From: Clostridiales bacterium
GTDB lineage: Bacteria; Bacillota; Clostridia; Oscillospirales; CAG-272
Direction of reading: 5' to 3'
Assembly: GCA_012727435.1 (NCBI GenBank)
Contig: JAAYHB010000015.1
Span: forward strand, 107,197-171,196
DNA: 64,000 bases
Made by a program: the position numbers and the translations under genes
Notes under the pieces: model-generated
Databases searched by the model: none
What the model was told of the DNA's origin: nothing
The model's input: the letters and a program-made list of their open reading frames with translations, nothing else
In this document: piece by piece, positions 26,691-35,239 of the stretch
How positions within the stretch are numbered: the stretch's first letter is position 1
Layout of the letters: every line of letters begins with the position of its first letter

Positions 26691-28940
26691 ATGGCGAGAA
26701 AAAGCAAAAACCAGACGACACAAAAAGAGCTCACACCGGCTCCGGCCTTGCCGCAGCTGATAACCGAGACTATAGAGAAAAACTTCATGCCCTACGCGAT
26801 GAGCGTCATTATCTCGCGAGCCATTCCCGAGATAGACGGGCTCAAGCCGGCACACCGCAAGCTGCTCTATACCATGTACAAAATGGGGCTTCTGACCGGT
26901 AACCGCACCAAGAGCGCAAACGTGGTGGGGCAGACCATGAAGCTCAGCCCTCACGGCGATATGTCGATATACGAGACGCTGGTGCGCCTGACCCGCGGTA
27001 AGGAGACCCTGCTGCACCCTTTGATTGACTCCAAAGGCAGCTTCGGCAAACAGTATTCCTCGGACATGAAATATGCGGCGGCGCGATACACCGAGGTCAA
27101 GCTCGACCCCATCTGCGCCGAGTTTTTCAGGGGCATCGACAAAAACGCGGTCGATTTCGTAGACAACTACGACAACACCATGAAGGAGCCTACCCTGCTG
27201 CCTACCACCTTCCCGAATATTCTGGTCATGCCGAATACCGGAATTGCGGTCGGCATGGCTTCAAACATATGCTCCTTCAATCTCGCCGAGGTCTGCGACG
27301 CGACAATCGCACTGCTGAAAAACCCCAACACTTCGCTTGACAAAATTCTTGAAATTATCAAAGCGCCCGATTTCCCGTCGGGCGGCCTGATAATATACGA
27401 CAGGGATGAGATGCGCGAAATTTACAAAACCGGTCAGGGCTCGATTAAAATCCGCTCGCGCTATACCTATGACAAAAAGAACAACTGCATAGAAATCCTT
27501 GAGATTCCCTACTCGACCACCATCGAGCTGATAATGAAGAGAATTACCGATATGGTCAAGGAGGGCAAACTCAAGGAAATCACCGATTTCCGGGACGAAA
27601 TTGACCTGTCGGGCTTCAAGCTCACCATTGACATCCGCCGGGGAACCGACCCCGACAAGCTGATGGACAAGCTCTTCAAGCTCACTCCGCTCGAGGACAG
27701 CTTTAAGTGCAACTTCACGGTGCTTATCGACTCGGTTCCGCGCCAGCTCGGCATTATCGAGATTTTAAGCAAATGGATAAAGTTCAGGATAAGGTGCGTC
27801 AGCCGCGAGCTGGCATTTGACCTTAACCAAAAGAAGGAAAAGCTGCACCTCTTGCTCGGTCTTGCAAAAATCCTGCTTGACATCGACAAGGCGATAAGCA
27901 TCATCCGCCAGACCGAACGCGAGGAGGACGTGGTCCCCCGCCTGATGCGTGGCTTTGACATCGACGAGGTGCAGGCCGAGTATATAGCCGAAATCAAGCT
28001 GCGGCATCTCAACCGCGAGTATATACTCAACCGCGTCAGCGAAATCGAGAACCTAAAGCGCGAGATTGCCGAGATTGAGGATCTTTTGTCCGACGAGCTT
28101 AAAATCAAGGCATATATCGCCGAGCAGCTCAAAGAAATAAAAAAGAAATACGGCAAGCCGCGCAGATCGCTGATAATCGGGGCCGAGGCGATAACCGAGT
28201 ACAGCGAGGAGGACCATATCGAAAACTTCAATGTCCACCTCGTGCTGACAAAAGAGGGCTATTTCAAGAAAATCACGCTGCTCTCCCTGCGGGCAAGCGA
28301 CAACCACACTCTAAAGGAAGGCGACGAAATAATCCAGGAGCTTGACTCGGAAAACCGCTCCGACATCGTCTTCTTCACCGACCGCGCACAGGTCTATCGG
28401 GCAAAGCTCTCGGACTTTGAATGCGTGAAGGCGTCGGTCATGGGCGACTACATTCCGACCAAGCTTGGGATGGACAGCGGTGAGAAGCCGATTCTCATGC
28501 TTGTCTCGCCCGAGTGCGATTTCCCTGAGGGCGACCACATGGTCTTTATATTTGAGAACGGCCGCGCGGTACGGGTACCGGTCTCGGCCTACCGGACAAG
28601 GAGCAACCGGCGCAAGCTGACCGGGGCATATTCCGCCGCCTCGCCGATAGTCGCCGCTTTCTACGAGCACAAAGGACAGCCCTTTGACATCATGATAATC
28701 ACAGATGCCGACCGGGCAATAGTTTTCAAATCCTCGCTGATAGCAGAAAAAGCCACTCGCACATCAAACGGCAATCTGATAATAAACCTGAAAAAAGGTC
28801 AGAAGGTAGTCTCGGCTATAGCCAACCCCGGCGAGAAGTTCGGCGACCTCAAGGGCTACCGCAAGCTAAAGCTCCCCGCGACCGGCATGCTGCTTGCCGA
28901 AAAGGATATAGCAGCCATGCAGCTTAAAATCAGCGAATAA
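26691..28940 (+). CDS. Type IIA topoisomerase subunit A paralog (GyrA/ParC-like)
   Basis: The protein is 749 aa. It contains MPYAMSVIISRAIPEIDGLKPAHRKLLY and the catalytic Tyr context AARYTEVKL. Some motifs diverge from the usual form: SPHGD instead of HPHGD, and HPLIDSKGSFGK. Confidence 0.8.
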   Translation: MARKSKNQTTQKELTPAPALPQLITETIEKNFMPYAMSVIISRAIPEIDGLKPAHRKLLYTMYKMGLLTGNRTKSANVVGQTMKLSPHGDMSIYETLVRLTRGKETLLHPLIDSKGSFGKQYSSDMKYAAARYTEVKLDPICAEFFRGIDKNAVDFVDNYDNTMKEPTLLPTTFPNILVMPNTGIAVGMASNICSFNLAEVCDATIALLKNPNTSLDKILEIIKAPDFPSGGLIIYDRDEMREIYKTGQGSIKIRSRYTYDKKNNCIEILEIPYSTTIELIMKRITDMVKEGKLKEITDFRDEIDLSGFKLTIDIRRGTDPDKLMDKLFKLTPLEDSFKCNFTVLIDSVPRQLGIIEILSKWIKFRIRCVSRELAFDLNQKKEKLHLLLGLAKILLDIDKAISIIRQTEREEDVVPRLMRGFDIDEVQAEYIAEIKLRHLNREYILNRVSEIENLKREIAEIEDLLSDELKIKAYIAEQLKEIKKKYGKPRRSLIIGAEAITEYSEEDHIENFNVHLVLTKEGYFKKITLLSLRASDNHTLKEGDEIIQELDSENRSDIVFFTDRAQVYRAKLSDFECVKASVMGDYIPTKLGMDSGEKPILMLVSPECDFPEGDHMVFIFENGRAVRVPVSAYRTRSNRRKLTGAYSAASPIVAAFYEHKGQPFDIMIITDADRAIVFKSSLIAEKATRTSNGNLIINLKKGQKVVSAIANPGEKFGDLKGYRKLKLPATGMLLAEKDIAAMQLKISE

Positions 28941-28965
28941 AAGGCAAAAAACGGAGGATATTTTC

Positions 28966-29088
28966 ATGCGCGAGCCAAAAAAGGACTCCAAGAGAATGCT
29001 GATTACCCGCATCATCTGCGCGGTACTCGCCCTGCTCATGCTCGGAAGCATCGCCACATACGCTCTTATATTTCTATTCGGCAGATAA
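28966..29088 (+). CDS. 40-aa single-TM protein (not in the supplied ORF track)
   Basis: ACGGAGGA lies 7 nt upstream of ATG 28966. The translation is MREPKKDSKRMLITRIICAVLALLMLGSIATYALIFLFGR*. Confidence 0.55.
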   Translation: MREPKKDSKRMLITRIICAVLALLMLGSIATYALIFLFGR

Positions 29089-29101
29089 AGGAGCAATAAA
29101 T

Positions 29102-29767
29102 ATGACCAAGTACGAAATATTGAAATACGTTGACCACACGCTACTTGCCCCCACGGCCACCGAGGAGCAGATTAAGGCGGTCTGCGACGACGCGATAAAA
29201 TACGGCTGCGCCGCAGTCTGCATTCCCAACACACACATCCGCTTTGCCGCCGAGTATGTCGAGGGCAAAGTTAAAATAGGAGCGACAATCGGCTTCCCTC
29301 TCGGCTACAATGTCACCGAGGTGAAGTGCGCGGAGGCAAAGAAGGCGCTGGCCGACGGCGCCACCGAGTTTGACATGGTCGCCAACATATGCCGCATCAA
29401 AGAAGGAAAGTACGACATGGTGATCGATGACATAAAGGCGGTAAGAGAAGTAGTCGGTGACCACATACTCAAAGTGATTATTGAGACCTGTCTGCTCACC
29501 GAAGAAGAAAAAATCAGAATGTGCGAGGTTGTCTCAAAATCGGGCGCCGATTATATCAAGACCTCTACCGGGTTTTCAACCGGCGGCGCGACCTTTGAGG
29601 ATGTCGCGCTCTTTGCCAGGCATGTCCCGAGCGGGTTGAAAATCAAGGCGGCGGGCGGAATACGCAGCTTCGAGGCCGCGGAAGAATTCATCAGGCTGGG
29701 AGCCTCGCGTCTCGGCACAAGCGCGCTGGTGAAACTCATGAAAAACGAGGAACTCGGAGCATACTGA
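29102..29767 (+). CDS. deoC: Deoxyribose-phosphate aldolase
   Basis: Motifs seen are VDHTLL, ...GFPLG, FDMV, and the Schiff-base region KTSTGF and KAAGGIR. Confidence 0.93.
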   Translation: MTKYEILKYVDHTLLAPTATEEQIKAVCDDAIKYGCAAVCIPNTHIRFAAEYVEGKVKIGATIGFPLGYNVTEVKCAEAKKALADGATEFDMVANICRIKEGKYDMVIDDIKAVREVVGDHILKVIIETCLLTEEEKIRMCEVVSKSGADYIKTSTGFSTGGATFEDVALFARHVPSGLKIKAAGGIRSFEAAEEFIRLGASRLGTSALVKLMKNEELGAY

Positions 29768-29770
29768 GCG

Positions 29771-30574
29771 ATGGTTATTGATTTTCACGTCCACTGCTTC
29801 CCCGACACGCTCGCCCCCCGCGCCCTTGCCGCGCTGAGCGAGCATGTGCAGGCAGAAGGCTTTCCCTGCACCGACGGCACACAGTCGGGAACAGAGGCAC
29901 ATATCGCGTCCCAGGGTGTCGACTATGCCGTGGTCTGCAATATCGCCACCAACTCAAGACAGCAACATAACGTAAACAGCTTTGCCATAAGCATTGCAAA
30001 AAGCAGCAAAACCCTGTATTCGCTTGGCTCGCTGCACCCACATGGCGAGGACAAACGAGGCGAGCTGCTCCGGCTCAGGGAGGCCGGCATACGCGGGATA
30101 AAAATACATCCCGACTATATCGGCATTGACATCACAGATCCGGCGTATTACGAAATATTTGAACTTTGTTCGGAACTCGGCTTCTTTGTCCTCATGCATG
30201 CCGGGTTTGACCCGGTGTCGCCCGGGCATGTACATGCAAGCCCCGGGATGATAGCCACAGTCGCCGCTCGCTATCCCGGGCTGAAGCTGATCGCCGCACA
30301 CATGGGCGGTTATCTCCGCTCGGGGGAGGTTATCGAACACCTGCTCGGCAAGGACATATGGCTTGACACCTCGATGTCCTCTCAGCGGCCTGATGAATAT
30401 GACAACCTTGTGTATATACTGAAAAACCATTCACCCGACAGGCTGCTATTTGCCTCGGACACCCCGTGGTCATATGCTGCGGAAGAGCTGAAATTCATAC
30501 ATTCGGCAAAGCTTAGAGATGACCTGACCGAAAAAATATTATATAAAAATGCCCTCGCACTTCTTGAGGGCTGA
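29771..30574 (+). CDS. Amidohydrolase-2 family metal-dependent hydrolase (TIM barrel)
   Basis: The N-terminus is MVIDFHVHCFP, with ...GIKIHPDY, ..VLMHAG and ...FASDTPW further on. Confidence 0.75.
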   Translation: MVIDFHVHCFPDTLAPRALAALSEHVQAEGFPCTDGTQSGTEAHIASQGVDYAVVCNIATNSRQQHNVNSFAISIAKSSKTLYSLGSLHPHGEDKRGELLRLREAGIRGIKIHPDYIGIDITDPAYYEIFELCSELGFFVLMHAGFDPVSPGHVHASPGMIATVAARYPGLKLIAAHMGGYLRSGEVIEHLLGKDIWLDTSMSSQRPDEYDNLVYILKNHSPDRLLFASDTPWSYAAEELKFIHSAKLRDDLTEKILYKNALALLEG

Positions 30575-30582
30575 TAAAAGCA

Positions 30583-30621
30583 GGGCGCGCCGGTGGCGTG
30601 CCCCATTTTTTGTTTTTTTTT
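30583..30621 (+). terminator. Intrinsic terminator after the amidohydrolase gene
   Basis: GGGCGCGCC-ggt-GGCGTGCCC is followed by CATTTTTTGTTTTTTTTT. Confidence 0.7.
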
Positions 30622-30649
30622 GGGGGGGTGTGGGGCGAAGTCCCCGCGC

Positions 30650-33565
30650 TTACTTCTCCTCAATCCCGGCTGCGGCAAAGAGGCTGCGCAGGCGGATTTT
30701 TGCGGCACCTATGTTTGTGATTTCATCGATTTTTATTTGGGTATATATTTTCCCTGCCGACTCGAGGATTGCTCGCACTTCATCGGAGGTAACGGCATCC
30801 ACCCCGCAACCGAAGGAAACAAGCTGCACGAGGTGTATGTTCTCCCGGCTTCGGGCGACGAACTTTGCAGCCGCATAAAGCCGGGCATGATAGGTCCACT
30901 GATTGAGCACCCCGGTTTTAAACTTCTTCACCCGCCGGCTCACGCCGTCCTCGGAGAGCACCACCGCGCCGAGCTCGCAGGCCAGACGGTCAATGCCGTG
31001 GCTTATTTCGGGGTCGATATGATACGGTCGGCCGGCCAGCACAATCACCGGCAGCCCCTGCTCTTTGGCAATCGCCAGATATTCGTCGGCCTTCTGCCTT
31101 ATCGCGCGCATATGCGCCTCGTATGCGGCATATGCCGCCTTCGCCGCCGACCTCACCTGCCGCCGGGTGAAATCCCCGAAATACTTGTTGAGCACATCCG
31201 TGAACCTGTCGGGGAAGGCCAACCGGTTGTGTGGGCCGAGGAAATCGCTGATATACTTTACCTTTTTGAGCTCCTTGACGTTGTATTTAATAACCTGAGG
31301 ATAATAGGCGACCACCGGACAGTTGTAGTGGTTGTCGCCCAGCCCCTCGTCAAAATTGTAACTCATCGAGGGATAAAAAATCGCATCCACGCCGGACTGC
31401 AACAATGCTTCGATATGCCCGTGCAAAAGCTTTGCCGGGAAGCAGACTGTGTCGGAAGGGATTGTGTGCTGCCCCGATATATAGAGTTCCCTGTCGCTGG
31501 CCGGGGAGACTACGACATTGAACCCCAACTCGCAGAAAAGGGTCTTCCAGAAGGGCAGCAGTTCGTACATGTTGAGCCCCATCGGAATGCCGATTGCAGG
31601 CCTGCCCGGTATTATTTCATTCTTGCGGTAGGCCGAGAGCAGTTCGTTCTTGTATTCGTAGAGGTTATAGCGCTGCCTTTCGCGGATTTTCAGCGGCCTG
31701 CCGCAGCGGTTCCCGGCAATATAGCGCTCACCCCCGCCGAAGCTGTTGATGGTGAGCTGGCAGAGGTTGCTGCAACCCGAGCAGCTTGTCACCTTCACCG
31801 TGTGCAAAAACCCGGCAAGCTGTTTCGGGCTGAGTATGCTGCTTTTGCTGCCCTCGTCTGAGAGTTCGGCAGCCCGCAGCGCGGCACCCAGAGCACCCAT
31901 CAATCCGGCAATCGAGGGGCGGATTACTTCCCTGCCCACCTCCTGCTCAAAGGCTCGGAGCACTGCATCGTTCAAGAACGTGCCGCCCTGCACTACGATG
32001 TTCTTCCCGAGCGAGTCGGGTGAGGCGCAGCGTATGACCTTGTAAAGGGCGTTTTTGACAATGCTTATCGACAGCCCGGCCGAGATGTTTTCAATCGATG
32101 CCCCGTCCTTCTGCGCCTGCTTTACCGCGCTGTTCATAAAAACAGTGCAGCGCGAGCCGAGATTCACCGGCCGGTTGGCAAAAATTCCGAGCCTTGCAAA
32201 CTCGCCGACCTCGTAACCGAGCGCTCCGGCAAAGGTCTGGAGAAAGGAGCCGCAACCCGAGGAACAGGCTTCGTTGAGGAAAATATTGTCGATGGCGCCG
32301 TTGTGAATCTTAAAGCACTTGATGTCCTGCCCGCCGATGTCTATGATAAAATCGACGTCCGGCATGAACTTCTTTGCCGCCGTGAAGTGGGCTATGGTCT
32401 CAACAACACCGTAGTCGACATGAAAGGCATGGCGTATCAGCTCCTCTCCGTAGCCGGTGACCGCTGAGGAGACAATATTGATATCCGGATACCTGCGGTA
32501 TATTGAATCAAGATATTCCCTGACAATCTCGACGGGGTGCGCGTTGTTGGGCCGGTACATATAGTCGAGTATATTACCTGCCTTGTCGCAGAGCACCGCC
32601 TTGACGGTCGTCGAGCCGGCGTCTATACCGAGATACATGGCACCGGCAGGCTTGTCAATCAACCTGATGTTGTCGGAGTCATGAGAATGGCGCTCTTTAA
32701 ATTCCTCATACTCGGCGGCAGAGGCAAACAACGGCCGGCAGGCAGTATATCCCGACATCGAGGAGTATTCGCGTATTTGGCGCGAAAGCTCCGCAATATC
32801 ATATATTTCATATGCCGCCGAATATGCAGCGCCGAGCGCCACGTAATAAAGCGAGTGCTCGGGGCATATTCCGCGTAGCCCCAGCGTCCTGTCAAAGCAG
32901 CGGCGCAGCTCGGAGAAAAAGGTCAGCGGCCCGCCGAGGTAGAGCACCTGCCCGCCGATCTCGCGCCCCTGCGCCAGCCCGCATACAGTCTGGTTTACAA
33001 CGGCATAAAAAATACTCGCCGCGATGTCCGGGAGCTTTGCCCCTTGATTTATCAGCGGCTGTATGTCGGATTTGGCGAAGACGCCGCACCTTGAGGCCAC
33101 CGCGTAGGTTTTCTCGTGCGCCGCCGCCAGCTCGTCAAGCTCCTCGACCGGCACATTCATCAGGTAGGCCATCTGGTCAATAAATGCCCCGGTGCCGCCG
33201 GCACAGGAACCGTTCATCCGCACCTCAAGCCCGTTGGTAAGAAAGAGGATTTTGGCGTCCTCTCCCCCGAGCTCGATAATCGTGTCGGTCCCGGGCAAAA
33301 GCCGCTCGGCGGCAATTTTGGTGGCGTATACTTCCTGCACGAAGGGGATTTTTAGGTCATAGGCCATGCCGATTCCGGCCGAGCCCGAGAGGGTCAGCGC
33401 CATTCTCTCCCCGGGGAAACGCTGTGAGATACGCCCGAGCATTTCGGCGGTCATCTCTGAGACCCGTGAGAAATGCCGCGCGTATTCCGAAAATAATATT
33501 TCACTACCCTCGGTGACCACGCATTTGAGGGTCGTGGAGCCTATATCAAGTCCTATTCTTTTCAT
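30650..33565 (-). CDS. Acyl-CoA-dehydratase-activase-type protein: two BcrAD/BadFG (HgdC-like) ATPase domains fused to a dehydratase-like (DUF2229-type) domain
   Basis: The protein is 971 aa. MKRIGLDIGSTTLKCVV and a second GIDAGSTTVKAVL mark the two ASKHA ATPase modules. The C-terminal 400 aa or so resembles HgdB or a CoA-enzyme-activase-associated domain. Confidence 0.8.
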   Translation of the reverse strand: MKRIGLDIGSTTLKCVVTEGSEILFSEYARHFSRVSEMTAEMLGRISQRFPGERMALTLSGSAGIGMAYDLKIPFVQEVYATKIAAERLLPGTDTIIELGGEDAKILFLTNGLEVRMNGSCAGGTGAFIDQMAYLMNVPVEELDELAAAHEKTYAVASRCGVFAKSDIQPLINQGAKLPDIAASIFYAVVNQTVCGLAQGREIGGQVLYLGGPLTFFSELRRCFDRTLGLRGICPEHSLYYVALGAAYSAAYEIYDIAELSRQIREYSSMSGYTACRPLFASAAEYEEFKERHSHDSDNIRLIDKPAGAMYLGIDAGSTTVKAVLCDKAGNILDYMYRPNNAHPVEIVREYLDSIYRRYPDINIVSSAVTGYGEELIRHAFHVDYGVVETIAHFTAAKKFMPDVDFIIDIGGQDIKCFKIHNGAIDNIFLNEACSSGCGSFLQTFAGALGYEVGEFARLGIFANRPVNLGSRCTVFMNSAVKQAQKDGASIENISAGLSISIVKNALYKVIRCASPDSLGKNIVVQGGTFLNDAVLRAFEQEVGREVIRPSIAGLMGALGAALRAAELSDEGSKSSILSPKQLAGFLHTVKVTSCSGCSNLCQLTINSFGGGERYIAGNRCGRPLKIRERQRYNLYEYKNELLSAYRKNEIIPGRPAIGIPMGLNMYELLPFWKTLFCELGFNVVVSPASDRELYISGQHTIPSDTVCFPAKLLHGHIEALLQSGVDAIFYPSMSYNFDEGLGDNHYNCPVVAYYPQVIKYNVKELKKVKYISDFLGPHNRLAFPDRFTDVLNKYFGDFTRRQVRSAAKAAYAAYEAHMRAIRQKADEYLAIAKEQGLPVIVLAGRPYHIDPEISHGIDRLACELGAVVLSEDGVSRRVKKFKTGVLNQWTYHARLYAAAKFVARSRENIHLVQLVSFGCGVDAVTSDEVRAILESAGKIYTQIKIDEITNIGAAKIRLRSLFAAAGIEEK

Positions 33566-34875
33566 ACCGTAACTATCCTGCGCATATCTTCGGGCTGTGG
33601 TGCCGAGTCCTCCCGGCCGGCGCTCTCACGCTCAAGGTTTTCTCTTGCCACCGCAAGCATGAGCTTTATGCGGTTTTCCTGATTGACCTGAGAGGCGCCG
33701 GTATCGTAATCAACCTGACATATGTTGGCGTCGGGATACAATTCCCTGATATGCCGCACCACGCCCTTGCCCACAATGTGGTTTGGAAGGCAACCGAAGG
33801 GCTGAGCACAGATGATGTTGGAGTACCCAAGCTCGATAAGCTCGGCCATCTCTGCGGGCAAAAGCCACCCCTCGCCCATTTTAACCCCCCGGCTGACCAA
33901 AACTTCTGTTTTTTTGCAGAGCCCGCTAAAGGGGGAAGGCGCGACAAACTGAGGGTAATTGCCGAGCGTGTCGAGCATTTTCTTTTCCATCCCCCGCAGC
34001 GCCCTCTGGCAAACCCTGCTGAACAGCGCCCGGAGCAGCCCGCCGCCGTAGAGCTTCCTGTCGGTTTCGGGGTTTGAAAAGCTGTACTGAAAAAAGCCGA
34101 GCACGCCCGGCACCATGTATTCGCAACCCTCGGACCGAAGAAATGCTTCAAGGCCGTTGTTTCCCAAGGGCGCGTATTTGACATATATCTCACCGACAAT
34201 ACCGACCTTGACTTTCTTCTCGCGCACAACTTCAATCATACTGAAGTCCCGGGCTATTCTGTCAAGATTCTGCTGAAGCCTCCTGCCGCGCAGCCCGCGG
34301 TTGCGCTCAAACTGCCGGTTGAGCTCGTCTACCCAACAGTCGACAACTCGTTGTGCATCACCTTTATGTATCTCATAGGGCTCTACCTGATTTTTGAGCA
34401 GCATCAGCAAGTCGCCATATAGCAGCGACACCATCCCCTTGAGCACCATCATCGGAGTTATTTTAAAGCCGCTATGCCTCTCCAAGCCTTTGAAATTCAG
34501 CGAAATGACCGGCACATAATCCATCCCCATGCTGCGCAGCGACTTGCGCAAAAGCTTCAGGTAATTGGAAGCGCGGCAGCCGCCGCCGGTCTGAAAGTGC
34601 ATAAGCGCGACACGATGCGGGTCGTAATCCCCGCAGGTAATGGCATAGAGAAGCTGTCCCAGCGTGCAGATTGCCGGGTAGCACATATCGTTGTGCACGT
34701 ATTTCAGGCCGGTGTCAAGCACCTTTTTCCCGGTATATTTGAGTATGTGAAGACGGTAGCCGTACTGGGCGAAAATACCGGACAAAAGGCGCATATGTAT
34801 AGGCAGCATGTCGGGCGCCAGTATGGTGTATTCTTTTTTCATTTGCTTTGTGAATTCAACGTAATCCCGAGACAT
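33562..34875 (-). CDS. 2-hydroxyacyl-CoA dehydratase-family protein (activase-associated subunit)
   Basis: The protein is 437 aa. It contains HNDMCYPA, FQTGGGCRASNY and ICAQPFGCLPNH, which are conserved Cys contexts of this family. The stop overlaps the start of the downstream gene as ATGA at 33562-33565. Confidence 0.75.
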   Translation of the reverse strand: MSRDYVEFTKQMKKEYTILAPDMLPIHMRLLSGIFAQYGYRLHILKYTGKKVLDTGLKYVHNDMCYPAICTLGQLLYAITCGDYDPHRVALMHFQTGGGCRASNYLKLLRKSLRSMGMDYVPVISLNFKGLERHSGFKITPMMVLKGMVSLLYGDLLMLLKNQVEPYEIHKGDAQRVVDCWVDELNRQFERNRGLRGRRLQQNLDRIARDFSMIEVVREKKVKVGIVGEIYVKYAPLGNNGLEAFLRSEGCEYMVPGVLGFFQYSFSNPETDRKLYGGGLLRALFSRVCQRALRGMEKKMLDTLGNYPQFVAPSPFSGLCKKTEVLVSRGVKMGEGWLLPAEMAELIELGYSNIICAQPFGCLPNHIVGKGVVRHIRELYPDANICQVDYDTGASQVNQENRIKLMLAVARENLERESAGREDSAPQPEDMRRIVTV

Positions 34876-34913
34876 GCGTATTTCCTTCCGGCTTTTTTAC
34901 AACTTGAGTAATG

Positions 34914-34942
34914 ATTTTACCATATGATAATAAAAAAATCAA
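34914..34942 (-). promoter_or_regulatory. Promoter of the dehydratase/activase operon
   Basis: The minus strand reads TTGATT (34937-34942), a 17-nt spacer ending in TGG, then TAAAAT (34914-34919). GGAAGGAA lies before ATG 34875. Confidence 0.5.
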
Positions 34943-34982
34943 CGATTATTTCCCCTCGGTTGGTGCCTTTCAGAATTACAAC

Positions 34983-35026
34983 AAAAAAAGCGGAAACAGC
35001 TCCGGATGTGTCAGGCGCGTTTCCGC
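34983..35026 (-). terminator. Strong orphan intrinsic terminator (minus strand)
   Basis: The minus strand reads GCGGAAAC(GCGCC)-loop-(GGAGC)TGTTTCCGC followed by TTTTTTT (A-run 34983-34989 on the plus strand). It lies about 175 nt downstream of the terminator of the SBP gene, and no ORF lies between them. Confidence 0.55.
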
Positions 35027-35143
35027 AGAAGAATCACTTGAAATTACGGCCTTATTTACTCAATCAATCACCCACATCACATGTGTCTGATAGCTTCCTC
35101 TGTCTTTCGCAAAAGCATCCTCAGGTACAATTACCCGGTTATC

Positions 35144-35155
35144 TTTGATATCAAA
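35144..35155. promoter_or_regulatory. Perfect 12-bp palindrome TTTGATATCAAA
   Basis: It was read directly from the sequence and lies inside the gene-free stretch 35027-35198. A role as an operator is only a guess. Confidence 0.2.
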
Positions 35156-35198
35156 TATGGGCAAAGCCGAGAAAGCAAGCCCGGGACGGAGTTTCCAT

Positions 35199-35232
35199 GA
35201 AAAAAGCGGGGTGTGGGGCAAAGCCCCACACC
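35199..35232 (-). terminator. Intrinsic terminator of the SBP lipoprotein gene
   Basis: GGTGTGGGGC-aaa-GCCCCACACC (35210-35232) is followed on the minus strand by CCGCTTTTTT. Confidence 0.75.
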
Positions 35233-35239
35233 GGATTGG

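Noticed and set aside
30593-31861. 422-aa ORF on the plus strand
   Set aside because: It is antisense to the activase gene and begins inside a terminator and G-run. Its Arg/Pro/Gly-rich composition is typical of an antisense frame.
34924-35148. 74-aa plus-strand ORF in the intergenic region
   Set aside because: It has no Shine-Dalgarno site, overlaps the minus-strand promoter and terminator, and has a non-coding-like composition.
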